Origin: a virus
Taxonomy: Duplodnaviria > Caudoviricetes
Length of the DNA: 32,911 nucleotides
Direction: 5' to 3' (one strand)
IMG/VR virus record: IMGVR_UViG_3300027367_000005
Span: 1-32,911 of that record
The notes under the pieces are model-generated. The model saw only the letters and a program-made list of their open reading frames with translations. It was not told the DNA's origin and ran no database searches. A program made the position numbers and the translations under genes. This document shows positions 1 through 9,222 of the stretch, piece by piece; within the stretch, counting starts at the first letter, position 1, and each line of letters begins with the position of its first letter.

Positions 1-13
1 GGGATTTAATAAA

Positions 14-229
14 ATGTTTCTACCAGAAGAACAAGAATTAAAAGATTTTTTAACAGAGCATGGTAAACAAGGCTTCCACGATCGATGGGTTTTACCATTT
101 AAAAAGAGAGATGCAATCATAGGTCCCAGTGAAAGTATTGAATTTATTAAACAATTTATAGAAAGTGAGTATAATAATAGACCAGGCGATACATTACACA
201 CTGGCATTGGTCAAGAGACTAACAAATAA
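14..229 (+). CDS. hypothetical protein (71 aa)
   Basis: ORF with A-rich start (AATAAAATG), co-oriented with downstream genes, TAA stop 7 nt before the likely next start at 237. Confidence 0.7.
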   Translation: MFLPEEQELKDFLTEHGKQGFHDRWVLPFKKRDAIIGPSESIEFIKQFIESEYNNRPGDTLHTGIGQETNK

Positions 230-236
230 AAATAAG

Positions 237-824
237 ATGAGTACAACTGATACTAAAGAAAGGATTTTAGTTTGGACTAAAACCGAAAGAGCAGGTGACA
301 TTGTAACTGTTGATAAAACAGAAGGTGATTTCACCCTGTTTACTGATGGTACACAATGTTACACTAATATCATTGGTGAAGAATTCTTCATGGATGCTAA
401 ATCATTAGAACAAGCAGAATCAATGGCAATACCTTTTAAAGGGCCTAGTAATACGCCTGTTGCTCCTAAAGGACCAGATGGTCCACAACCGACTGCTAAA
501 GTAGACGGAGAACTTAATGTAATGTTAGAGATGCTAAAAAAGATTAGCGCTAAGAATACTATTACAATGCCATTAGAGCTTAATGTTCCATCAAAAGAAG
601 TTTATGATTTATTTAAAGATCAGATGGATATTACAAAAGCAGATCTAAATGAGCAAATATTGCTACTGGTACAGAGCCAGATAGATAACTTACAAGAACA
701 ATTAAAACCACAAGCAGAAGAATTCATTAAAAATTACTATAATGGCAGAACAAGCAAACTTAACACCGGAACTAAATCCAAACCAGCCAAAGGCACAAAC
801 GCAGCCCCAGGCATCGAGTACTAA
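237..824 (+). CDS. hypothetical protein (about 195 aa, MSTTDTKE...; start revised from 165)
   Basis: ATG at 237 follows the upstream stop and an A-rich tract (AAATAAGATG), removing a 65-nt overlap. Pro-rich linker and coiled-coil-like C-terminal half. Confidence 0.75.
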   Translation: MSTTDTKERILVWTKTERAGDIVTVDKTEGDFTLFTDGTQCYTNIIGEEFFMDAKSLEQAESMAIPFKGPSNTPVAPKGPDGPQPTAKVDGELNVMLEMLKKISAKNTITMPLELNVPSKEVYDLFKDQMDITKADLNEQILLLVQSQIDNLQEQLKPQAEEFIKNYYNGRTSKLNTGTKSKPAKGTNAAPGIEY

Positions 825-1185
825 TAGAAGACAAAGACGTCACATGATGAAGCAGCAGGGTATACTTAAATATCTTAGTAAGCTTTCATATACTGGTGAA
901 GTTAGAACTAAGTTTAGAGCGGCTAATCTTGAGAATGGTAAAAAGATTCATCAACAGAATCTAGACCGTAACGATAAAATAAATGCTCAGTATTTAGAAT
1001 CAGTCTTAGAAGGACTAAAAGAAACTTGGACTAACCAGGGATTCAATGCAAAAGAAATTAATACTCTAGAAGAGGCTTGGTCTTTAACAGCGATTAAAGA
1101 TAAAGAAACTTATAGGGCTGATAAAAAAGCTTCGAAAGCACTATATAAAGAAGCAAGAGCTTCTAGAGCTTCGAGACAAAAATAG
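742..1185 (+). CDS. basic hypothetical protein with an NRRQRR arginine-rich motif
   Basis: 147-aa ORF, K/R-rich, TAG stop; overlaps the upstream ORF by 83 nt. Confidence 0.75.
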   Translation: MAEQANLTPELNPNQPKAQTQPQASSTNRRQRRHMMKQQGILKYLSKLSYTGEVRTKFRAANLENGKKIHQQNLDRNDKINAQYLESVLEGLKETWTNQGFNAKEINTLEEAWSLTAIKDKETYRADKKASKALYKEARASRASRQK

Positions 1186-1195
1186 AAAACAGTAT

Positions 1196-1519
1196 ATGAT
1201 AAGTATTTCAATAGAGCCAGCTGATAACGGTGTGATGAAGTTTTTAATAGACGACAACGTTAATGGTGGTGGCGAAGAATATACCACTAGGACAGTATAT
1301 GAGTTCGAGGGTATAACTGGCAAGCAGAACCAAGTTAAGTTTCTAAAGGACCTAGTATTAGAATTAGGTCTTTTGACAGGAACTGAGCTTGAGTCTAGTT
1401 GTTTACGAATCAAAACTGAATGGGGAATGCAGTATGTCCCAAACGATACTGAACTTAAAAATAAGATTGCAGCTACTGAAAAGGATTTAAAAAGGCTGAA
1501 ATCTATGTTAAAGAAATGA
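1196..1519 (+). CDS. hypothetical protein (107 aa)
   Basis: ORF coupled to the next gene by an ATGA overlap; C-terminal coiled coil. Confidence 0.8.
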   Translation: MISISIEPADNGVMKFLIDDNVNGGGEEYTTRTVYEFEGITGKQNQVKFLKDLVLELGLLTGTELESSCLRIKTEWGMQYVPNDTELKNKIAATEKDLKRLKSMLKK

Positions 1520-1923
1520 CACTACAAATAGAAGGTGTTTGGTGTAAAACTAGGACTGAGTTTGAAAAATTAGCAAAGTCTGGAGATTATGATTTGACTA
1601 TATCCTATTTCGATATTGTAAATAGATTAGTTAAGAGTGACCCTTATAGTGAGGAGCCATCAGATGTTATCGTATCTCTTTATATTAGAAAGTTGATTAA
1701 GAAATTAATTACTGATAATGTAGAAAAGGAGAACGAGAACGCTAAGTTACTTTATATGTTTAAAAACCTAGATGGCTCTGCTATCTTAAACTTTAAAGAT
1801 TTTATTAGTGACTTAACTGGTGAACCATTCGATATAGATCTAGTTATTATCAACAGATGTGATTACCCTAAAAGGGGAGTTCTCAGCAAGTTTGATAATG
1901 TTAGATTTATAGACCATGATTAA
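1516..1923 (+). CDS. hypothetical protein, possibly a degenerate P-loop kinase fold
   Basis: ATGA-coupled 135-aa ORF; ISYFDIVNRL resembles the IS.D.IR..L segment of PNK/AAA_33 kinases, but there is no Walker A. Confidence 0.75.
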   Translation: MTLQIEGVWCKTRTEFEKLAKSGDYDLTISYFDIVNRLVKSDPYSEEPSDVIVSLYIRKLIKKLITDNVEKENENAKLLYMFKNLDGSAILNFKDFISDLTGEPFDIDLVIINRCDYPKRGVLSKFDNVRFIDHD

Positions 1924-2512
1924 GCATAAAGTATTTACTAAAGGTGAATACGTACATGCTTTGTTATCAACTACACAAAACCCAAATGTACTAATTCCGG
2001 TAAGAGCCCTAATTTACGACGTTAAATTCGACGATGTGAATCCTAGGTACCAACTTCGTATAAAAAAGTTCTATGATAATATAGTCTTTTTAAAGTCATA
2101 CTTATTTGGTGGTAGATTCATAAGAGATTTTGAAGGTAAAGAAACTAGGATTAACTTAAAGAGACAAGAATATAAAACTGTTAAAGTTCTAGAAGATAGA
2201 GTATTTAATGGTGATAAATGGAAACAATATCTTGTCACAGTTGATTCAGTATTCTGTGTAAAGACCAAGGTTGAACAAGACAGGCTATTTGATAAGATAC
2301 AAGACTTTCAAACTGAAACCACTCTAAAAGAGCTATATGAGCTCACAAACCGATCTGTGTATAATGGCCAATATAATTTTCATAGTAAAGGTGAATATGT
2401 AAAAGCTTTACAAAAGTTTTTAGGAGATAGATACCCTGAAGACGATGATTGGATAGATAAAGTACTATATCGACCAGATCACAATGAATTAGACCGCGGA
2501 GAGTGGGTCTAA
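1916..2512 (+). CDS. hypothetical protein (198 aa)
   Basis: 8-nt overlap with the upstream gene; N-terminal beta-rich segment (FTKGEYVHAL...ALIYDV...YQLRI) loosely like an SH3/Tudor barrel. Confidence 0.8.
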   Translation: MIKHKVFTKGEYVHALLSTTQNPNVLIPVRALIYDVKFDDVNPRYQLRIKKFYDNIVFLKSYLFGGRFIRDFEGKETRINLKRQEYKTVKVLEDRVFNGDKWKQYLVTVDSVFCVKTKVEQDRLFDKIQDFQTETTLKELYELTNRSVYNGQYNFHSKGEYVKALQKFLGDRYPEDDDWIDKVLYRPDHNELDRGEWV

Positions 2513-2536
2513 ATATATTATCCTGATATGTAGTCA

Positions 2537-2544
2537 GATATATA
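2537..2544 (+). promoter_or_regulatory. candidate late promoter GATATATA
   Basis: Copy of the recurrent intergenic RATANATA motif, 21 nt before the first structural gene; similar to the T4 late promoter TATAAATA. Confidence 0.55.
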
Positions 2545-2565
2545 TAAAAAACAAATAGATTTTTA

Positions 2566-4386
2566 ATGGCTTTAAGTTTAGATACCATCACACCAACGGC
2601 GCCACCGAAGTACATATATACAGATGACGAGACTGGTGATACTAAGGTTAGTAATAGGAGGCTAAATGCTGATGGCACTCCATATACTGAACCGTCTTCT
2701 AATGAGGAGGCTGCGGATAATGCAGATAATGCTCCTTTAGGAGCTGAGCCAGAAGGAGCTGTTGAACCTATTAATTGGGGTACAACAAACACAGGAGCTA
2801 GTTCTAATGTATCAGACGTTAATCCGGCTGGAGTTTATGGTAATAATCCGGATGGTAATAAATCTAGGGCTTATGAGATTAAAGATCCAGAAAAAACTAT
2901 TCCAGGTGTAGATACAGTTAGATCTAAATCTAATTCATGGACATTATTAAACTATAGAAATTATTCAGGCGGTACTACTTATGGAAGTCCTGATTATTCT
3001 CAATGGGGAACTGCGGTTGTAGGTACTGGTTCAGCGGCTGCTGAGATATTAAACCCAACTGCGCATAGAATTGTTACTTATTGTGAAGAGAATGGCGGTG
3101 TAGGTTTTTCTTATGCATATAGAGACTTTATACAAACAGAGCATTACGGCCAAATATCAAATGAATTCCTAGTTACTTTAAGAAGATTTTCATTTCCAGT
3201 TGGAGATGATATTGTAAACGCTAGATCTTATGATGAAAAGGGAGCTGAGTTAGATATATCAGAACCGGATTTAGCTAGAGCAGTTACTTGGCTATCCCCG
3301 GCTTTAGGAAATAACCTAGAAGAAATACTTTCATTTGGTACTGGATTTGGATGGGAAGAAATTCAATCTTCTGTACAAACTGCATCTGGTGGTAGTACAG
3401 AAAAGAGAAGAGGTACAATTGGTGCTTTGATTGACGGTAGTCCTATTGCAAAAGCTACAGAGGCTGGTGCAAATGGATATACTGCTGCAGAATCTGATCG
3501 TATTAATAGTAAAGGTCAGCATGATGCTTTAGGAGACACTTATCCTAACATGGTATATGGACCTTACAATGCTATTAAAAGTGTATTAGCTAGAGATGAT
3601 AAAGGGCTTAAATTTGATAATGAATTTAAACTTAACTTTTATTATGACTTAAGAGGTTTTGATAACACATCTCCAAAGGTAGTCTTTATGGATGTACTTT
3701 CAAACCTTTTAGCAATAACATATAACAATGCTCCTTTCTGGGGTGGTGCTGTTAGACATACTGGTGGGAACGGTTCTACTGGTAAGCCTTTTGGTGATTT
3801 TGATAAACTAAAGAATGGAGATTATTCTGGTTATTTAGGATCAGTAGTTACTCAATTAAAATCTACACTAGGTGCTGGATTTGATGATTTAGGTAAAGCT
3901 GCATCCGGATTAATGAATGGTAAAGGACTTAACGCATTAGGTGATTCTAAGATTTTAGATAATATGATCGGTGGAGCCTTAATGAAACATTTAGGTTCTC
4001 CTTCTGGTGGTGATATTATTAAAGCGTTCTTAACAGGAGATCCAACAGGACAATGGCATTTAACAGTAGGTAATCCAATGAACCCGATTTTAGTTTGTGG
4101 TAACCTATGTTTAGAAAATGCTAAGTTTAAATTTGAAGGTCCTTTAGGTTATGAAGGATTTCCTAGTAAATTAAAAATGGAAGTAAGTTTAAAACCAGGT
4201 AGACCAAGAGATAAATCAGAAATTGAATCTATGTTTAACGCAGGTAGAGGTAGAATGTACTTACAACCAGAAGTTGAAGGTAAATCATTAGACGATGTAT
4301 TAGATATGTCGGCATACGGAAATAAAGACAGAAGCAGGTTAACGCCAGATAGAGCGTTACGTAACTCTGACATGGCAGCAGGATAA
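2566..4386 (+). CDS. virion protein, probable baseplate tail-tube cap (T4 gp48-like tube fold)
   Basis: 606 aa; FKLNFYYDL and LCLENAKFKFEG...GFPSKLKMEVSLK segments fit the gp19/gp48/gp54 tube-fold pattern; adjacent to the LysM wedge and hub genes. Confidence 0.55.
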   Translation: MALSLDTITPTAPPKYIYTDDETGDTKVSNRRLNADGTPYTEPSSNEEAADNADNAPLGAEPEGAVEPINWGTTNTGASSNVSDVNPAGVYGNNPDGNKSRAYEIKDPEKTIPGVDTVRSKSNSWTLLNYRNYSGGTTYGSPDYSQWGTAVVGTGSAAAEILNPTAHRIVTYCEENGGVGFSYAYRDFIQTEHYGQISNEFLVTLRRFSFPVGDDIVNARSYDEKGAELDISEPDLARAVTWLSPALGNNLEEILSFGTGFGWEEIQSSVQTASGGSTEKRRGTIGALIDGSPIAKATEAGANGYTAAESDRINSKGQHDALGDTYPNMVYGPYNAIKSVLARDDKGLKFDNEFKLNFYYDLRGFDNTSPKVVFMDVLSNLLAITYNNAPFWGGAVRHTGGNGSTGKPFGDFDKLKNGDYSGYLGSVVTQLKSTLGAGFDDLGKAASGLMNGKGLNALGDSKILDNMIGGALMKHLGSPSGGDIIKAFLTGDPTGQWHLTVGNPMNPILVCGNLCLENAKFKFEGPLGYEGFPSKLKMEVSLKPGRPRDKSEIESMFNAGRGRMYLQPEVEGKSLDDVLDMSAYGNKDRSRLTPDRALRNSDMAAG

Positions 4387-4387
4387 T

Positions 4388-5401
4388 ATGAATTTTAGAT
4401 CACTAAGAAATAAAACACAAGGAGACGGCAAATATATTTTTGCTCAACCATCTATGATCTTTAGAAATAAAGATGGTATGACTGGTTTACGTTTACATGT
4501 TGTTAGAGAAGATGAGGTTACTCGTCCTGATTTAATTGCATTAGAGTATTATGGAGACCAAACTAAAACAGATTTAATCTTAAAATGGAATGGTATTTCA
4601 GATCCTTTTTCTTTACAACCAGGAGATGAATTAATTATACCACCATCTGGTGTTGCATATAATAAATTAGAAAGACCGGCTGCTACTGAAGAAAATAAGA
4701 TTAAGAATCAATTCTTACAGAGCAAGAGGTTTACTAAGAAAGATCAAAGAAGATTAGACGCTTTAAAGAAAAAGTATAACAAAGATGTATTGTTGCCACC
4801 TAACGTAATTCCGGTAGGGCAGAAGAACTATAAGTTTGATAAAGACGGTAATATTATTTTTGGCGCACAAGCACAAAATGGAGAAGTTAATGCTTCGAGT
4901 AACGAAGGCGGTGGATTTGGAGATGGATCTGGAGGACAGAGTAATGGAGCATGTTCATTAGGACCTCAATATACAACCAGAGCTGAATGTGTTGCTGCTG
5001 GAGGTAAATGGACTACTGGAGATAATGTGGTTGATGAAATATTTGATGAATTCGGACAATCTGTAAGAGATGCTCTTTTAGCTGCGCAAGCTGCTGGAAA
5101 TGGATCTAATTCTAATGGTAGTGGAAATGGCTCAGGATCTGGTGGAAATGGCTCAGGATCCGGTGGAGGTGGTTTAACTGAAACTCAATTAGAAAATAAT
5201 CTAAACAACGGTGTTGGTAAAGGTGGAACTACAAACTCATCTGGAACTGGTGCTGGAAATGGAAGCGGAAGTGGGAACGGAAGTGGAAGTGGAAGGGGCA
5301 CAAACGCATCGTCAACTGGAACAAATAGTAATTCGAGCTCATCTCCTCAAGGTAGTAGTAATGCCGATGGCGTTTCTAATGATGGAGCTCCTTGTAATTA
5401 A
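4388..5401 (+). CDS. LysM-like baseplate wedge protein (T4 gp53 / P2 gpX-like) with a long Gly/Ser/Asn C-terminal extension
   Basis: HVVREDEVTRPDLIALEYYGD...LILKWNGISDPFSLQPGDELIIP is the gp53/LysM signature. Confidence 0.8.
   Translation: MNFRSLRNKTQGDGKYIFAQPSMIFRNKDGMTGLRLHVVREDEVTRPDLIALEYYGDQTKTDLILKWNGISDPFSLQPGDELIIPPSGVAYNKLERPAATEENKIKNQFLQSKRFTKKDQRRLDALKKKYNKDVLLPPNVIPVGQKNYKFDKDGNIIFGAQAQNGEVNASSNEGGGFGDGSGGQSNGACSLGPQYTTRAECVAAGGKWTTGDNVVDEIFDEFGQSVRDALLAAQAAGNGSNSNGSGNGSGSGGNGSGSGGGGLTETQLENNLNNGVGKGGTTNSSGTGAGNGSGSGNGSGSGRGTNASSTGTNSNSSSSPQGSSNADGVSNDGAPCN
5121..5162 (+). repeat. 21-nt tandem duplication (GTGGAAATGGCTCAGGATCYG x2) encoding GNGSGSG
   Basis: Read directly: units at 5121-5141 and 5142-5162. 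Confidence 0.9.
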
Positions 5402-5410
5402 CATTAAAGG

Positions 5411-6925
5411 ATGGAATTAGAAAATCACATTTTAGCGGTTGTAGAACCGGCAATACTCCCAACGGAAATCAAGATGGACGCACTGGCTGAAGAATCTGGT
5501 GAGAACGTAGATAAGCAATCAAAAGAGGTTGGTGGGTTTGAACCATTTATATTATGTAATGGTGTACAGGTAACTTCGAACGAAATAGTCTCATTAAATT
5601 TAGAATTAGATGGTAAAGTACCTAGATGTACTGTTTTATTTAATGACGCACACGGTGCTTTTAAAGTAGACTCAATGCCAAGAGACGGCGATTTCTTTAC
5701 AATTCTTTTAAACTCAAAACACCAAGAGACTTTTAAATCAGTCCACATGGATTTTGATATTGTAGAAATTAATACTGAAATAGAAAACCCTAACGCACCC
5801 GGTGGTAGTGAAATTTCATTATCAGGTGTATGTAAAGTACCAAGGCTTTATGCTGAAGATTGCCAAATATTAGATTCTGATACTGCATTAACTCATTTAG
5901 AAACTGTAGCAAGAGAATTAGAACTAGGACTTGCAACTAACATTGACGCAACAGATGATGCACAAGCTAGAATACAAGCATATACTACTTATTTTGATTT
6001 TATTAAATCAATAGTAGACGACTCGTATGTTTCTGATGATGCATTTGTAAAGTTTTATATAGATCAATATTATTACGTTAATTTTGTAGATATTAATAAG
6101 ATCTTTAATTCACCTAGCCCAAAATTAGATGAAGTTATGACAGTGTTAACTGGATTTGCAGAATCTGAAGGTAAAAAAAAGGGGAATGAAGACGCAACAG
6201 ATTCTGATAATGTAGAAGTACCTCTATTACTAACTAACCATAAAGACCTATCAGGCCTATCATGTCACGTTGTAGAATATGAATTGGTAAACAACTCAAA
6301 TAAAATTAGCCTCGAAGGAGGGTATTCAAGAACGGCTCAGATTTATGATAATAATTCTGATGCTGGAGATAGATTTCAAGAATTTACAATTGAGCCACTA
6401 GTAACAGAAGAACTATCCGAACTTGATGAACCATTAAGAGGTAATAGAAAAGACGAAAGATATAAAGATCAGGTTAAGTTTAAATATATGGGTAGGCAAA
6501 ATGCTGGTGATGATGGATTAGGTAATACTCATTCAAATGCAATATTTACTAAACTACACGACGCTCAAAATAATATGGAGATAGAAAAGATGAAGTTAAT
6601 AGTCAGCGTAGTTGGCTTTAACCCATCAATCTATAAGTTTTGTAAAATACCTGTAGTAATGTATCATTACGATGGAGTAAAGATTGAAGCAGAACAAAAA
6701 GCAGATCAAAAGAGAGAAGAAGCTGGTTTAACAGAAAGACCATTAGGTGCTGGTAAACCCGACGGCGAGCCAAATGAGTTTACTCAAATGATGGATAAAT
6801 TTATATCCGGATATTATATAGTAGAGAATATTAATTATAGATACGATGCCGAAACGGCAATTACTACAGAACTAACTCTAATTAGAAGAGAATGGCCAAG
6901 TAGATCTGCTAATTTAGCAGAATAA
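5411..6925 (+). CDS. probable baseplate hub protein (T4 gp27 / late-control-D-like)
   Basis: 504 aa between LysM and spike genes; FYIDQYYYVNFVDINKIF and C-terminal ISGYYIVENINYRY...TELTLIRREW fit hub proteins. Confidence 0.65.
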   Translation: MELENHILAVVEPAILPTEIKMDALAEESGENVDKQSKEVGGFEPFILCNGVQVTSNEIVSLNLELDGKVPRCTVLFNDAHGAFKVDSMPRDGDFFTILLNSKHQETFKSVHMDFDIVEINTEIENPNAPGGSEISLSGVCKVPRLYAEDCQILDSDTALTHLETVARELELGLATNIDATDDAQARIQAYTTYFDFIKSIVDDSYVSDDAFVKFYIDQYYYVNFVDINKIFNSPSPKLDEVMTVLTGFAESEGKKKGNEDATDSDNVEVPLLLTNHKDLSGLSCHVVEYELVNNSNKISLEGGYSRTAQIYDNNSDAGDRFQEFTIEPLVTEELSELDEPLRGNRKDERYKDQVKFKYMGRQNAGDDGLGNTHSNAIFTKLHDAQNNMEIEKMKLIVSVVGFNPSIYKFCKIPVVMYHYDGVKIEAEQKADQKREEAGLTERPLGAGKPDGEPNEFTQMMDKFISGYYIVENINYRYDAETAITTELTLIRREWPSRSANLAE

Positions 6926-6936
6926 AATAAAAGCTA

Positions 6937-6944
6937 GATAAATA
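6937..6944 (+). promoter_or_regulatory. candidate late promoter GATAAATA
   Basis: RATANATA motif in the 23-nt spacer before 6949; one mismatch from T4 TATAAATA. Confidence 0.5.
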
Positions 6945-6948
6945 AACT

Positions 6949-8511
6949 ATGGCTGAAAGAGATAACGGTAGAAACGCATTTAGAAAAGGAGCAAGATCTC
7001 GTAAGATTCATGAGGATCCTACGTACTTGTCTTTTATGATTCTATTCCACGCGAACGACAAATCAAGCGTCGCACACTCTCCCCTACTCAATGGTGAGGC
7101 ACTTAGTTATTTAAGAAATGTTGTTAGAACAGACATTGGAGATATTTACGCTAAAAACCTTGAAAACTTTAATAGAGTATTATTAAAGGTTAATAAAGAA
7201 ATGCCTTGGTTTTGGCAAGGCCTAAAAGGTATTGAAAAGGCTATGACTTACGGCGAGATGAAAGAGCCATGGCGAGGTAGTGATAAACCTGAACTTGAAA
7301 TAGAATGCTTAGAGGAGAATGTTGAATTAACAGCAATCGGCCTTATGGAATTATATAGAAATTCTTGTTTTGATTTACAAAGATATGTAGAAGTAGTTCC
7401 TAAAAACTTAAGAGAGTTTTCAATGGATATTTACTTTTCAGAAGTAAGGACTTTTCAAGCAGATACAGATGCTAGAAATTTAGGTATTACAGATAACCCA
7501 GATTCTAGAATTAATTCATCAGGATCAGATGCTAAGAAAGTAAAAGACATTCATCCAGTATTTTCGTCAAATGATACAATGCCGGGTTCTGTAGATTCTA
7601 GACCATTCGTAGCATTAAGATTTACACACTGTGAATTTAATATGGACTCAGTTGCAGATTATTTTGCAGACATGAGTAAAAATCCTGAATTGAAAAAACC
7701 AAGCCTTAAAATAAGATGGGGAACTTGTACGCCTTTAGCTTCAAGATTAGGACCTAATATGTTTAATGAAAATAGAGATGCAAATGCAATCTCTAGAGTT
7801 GAGCCGGTAAACGACGCAACAGATCCAAATCAAATGCCCCTAAATACAGTGAACCCTAATGCTCAACAGAATGTTAGCTCAATGGATTCATTAACTAATG
7901 TGCACGGACGTCCCCCTCAGAAAGTGGGCACAACTGGTAGAAATATTTCTGAAACAGAAAGAACAAAGGTTGGACTTAAAGATCTAGCTAAGAATACAAT
8001 AGGTAGTATTAAAGATGATATTCAAGATACTGCAGCAGGTTTAGTATCTGGAGTAACAAATGCTATTGATAGTTTTAGCCTACAACCAAATGGAATTGGT
8101 AATGTACACGGTACACAAATCGGTGGTTTTGCAGGTAATCTATTAGATAATGCAGTTGGTAATCTTACCGCTAAATTATTATTAGATAATGTACATGGCG
8201 CTGGAGGATTAGGTAGTATACAAGATGCTATTAATGGTGGTCTAATTAATGCAGTTGGTAATTTAATTCAAGGTCAACTTAATAGTGGAGGTAGTGCTGC
8301 AAGTGCAATTGTCGGCGGTGGCTCTGGAGTTGGTGATAGAATTCATGAGCTAGGAATTGATAGCTCACCAGATGGTAACTTAAACGCTAAAGTACATGAC
8401 CCAATTACTCAAGCACAAACAGGACCATTAAATGATAATGTTTACGGTGGTGTTAATACTGGAGTAGATTCAACACCAGACGGTAACTTAAACAATAACA
8501 TACATGAATAA
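6949..8511 (+). CDS. virion protein, probable tail-tube initiator (gp54/gp19-like N-domain) with a repetitive Gly/Asn-rich C-terminus
   Basis: ELEIECLEE...LMELYRNSCFD...PKNLREFSMDIY...LRFTHCEF pattern is tube-like; C-terminal NVHG-type repeats; baseplate context. Confidence 0.5.
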   Translation: MAERDNGRNAFRKGARSRKIHEDPTYLSFMILFHANDKSSVAHSPLLNGEALSYLRNVVRTDIGDIYAKNLENFNRVLLKVNKEMPWFWQGLKGIEKAMTYGEMKEPWRGSDKPELEIECLEENVELTAIGLMELYRNSCFDLQRYVEVVPKNLREFSMDIYFSEVRTFQADTDARNLGITDNPDSRINSSGSDAKKVKDIHPVFSSNDTMPGSVDSRPFVALRFTHCEFNMDSVADYFADMSKNPELKKPSLKIRWGTCTPLASRLGPNMFNENRDANAISRVEPVNDATDPNQMPLNTVNPNAQQNVSSMDSLTNVHGRPPQKVGTTGRNISETERTKVGLKDLAKNTIGSIKDDIQDTAAGLVSGVTNAIDSFSLQPNGIGNVHGTQIGGFAGNLLDNAVGNLTAKLLLDNVHGAGGLGSIQDAINGGLINAVGNLIQGQLNSGGSAASAIVGGGSGVGDRIHELGIDSSPDGNLNAKVHDPITQAQTGPLNDNVYGGVNTGVDSTPDGNLNNNIHE

Positions 8512-9220
8512 TAATGAGCTTTTTGCAGATAATTTACGAGAAACACATTGGCTCGGAGAAGTAGTTATCAATGAAGATCCACTACTACAAGGTAGAGTGC
8601 GCGTTAAAGTTTTCGGTAAATTTGATAAATTAACAGATGATGCTATTCCATGGGCAACTCCTATGAATAGAGATCAGGTTGGTGCACATGCAGTTCCTAG
8701 AGTTGGTGATATAGTTGCAGTAAGATTTGATAACGGTAACATTTACCACCCAGAATACTGGTTTCAAGTAGATCAAAACGAAGACTTAAAGGGAGACATC
8801 TTAGAGGCATCTGATGCACCGCATGATGTAATTAGTTTAGTCTACGATGCAGAACGTAACGTAAGAATTTACCACTCACCAGAAGATGGCCTAGTCATTA
8901 CAAGAGGCGAGGGTAAAAAAGAAAGACCTATCATTCAATTAGACGAAGAAGGCATTATTAAGATCTCAACTGATAATAAGATTTTTATGGATTGTGGAGA
9001 TATATTTGTATCTAATACAGGAGAAGGCGGAGCAGATGAAACTGAACCAGCAGTAAGAGGTCAGTCTTTACAAGATTGGTTACAAGCTCTATTAGATGAT
9101 TACAATGCACATATCCATCCAACAGGAGTTGGACCATCAGGTCCACCGATGCCACCAACACCGGCAACTGTTGCAAAATTATCTAGCACACATATTAAGT
9201 ATCAACAAAAGAATAAGTAA
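8504..9220 (+). CDS. baseplate central spike (gp5 N-terminal OB fold, short beta-helix, HxH apex; no lysozyme domain)
   Basis: WLGEVVINEDPLLQGRVRVKVFG...IPWA...VPRVGDIVAVRFDNGNIYHP is the Gp5_OB/gpV signature; C-terminal HIHPTGVGPSGPP. Confidence 0.88.
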   Translation: MNNNELFADNLRETHWLGEVVINEDPLLQGRVRVKVFGKFDKLTDDAIPWATPMNRDQVGAHAVPRVGDIVAVRFDNGNIYHPEYWFQVDQNEDLKGDILEASDAPHDVISLVYDAERNVRIYHSPEDGLVITRGEGKKERPIIQLDEEGIIKISTDNKIFMDCGDIFVSNTGEGGADETEPAVRGQSLQDWLQALLDDYNAHIHPTGVGPSGPPMPPTPATVAKLSSTHIKYQQKNK

Positions 9221-9222
9221 CT

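Noticed and set aside
165-236. Track start at 165 for the second ORF
   Set aside because: It creates a 65-nt overlap with 14..229; ATG 237 sits just after the upstream stop in a typical A-rich context
2513-2545. Weak hairpin over the 2537 motif (and a similar one at 27201-27228) as terminators
   Set aside because: Bulged AT-rich stems driven by self-complementary TATATA, with no downstream U-tract
6905-6921. Palindrome TCTGCTAA-T-TTAGCAGA at the end of the hub gene
   Set aside because: Single occurrence inside coding sequence, followed by A rather than U; function cannot be supported
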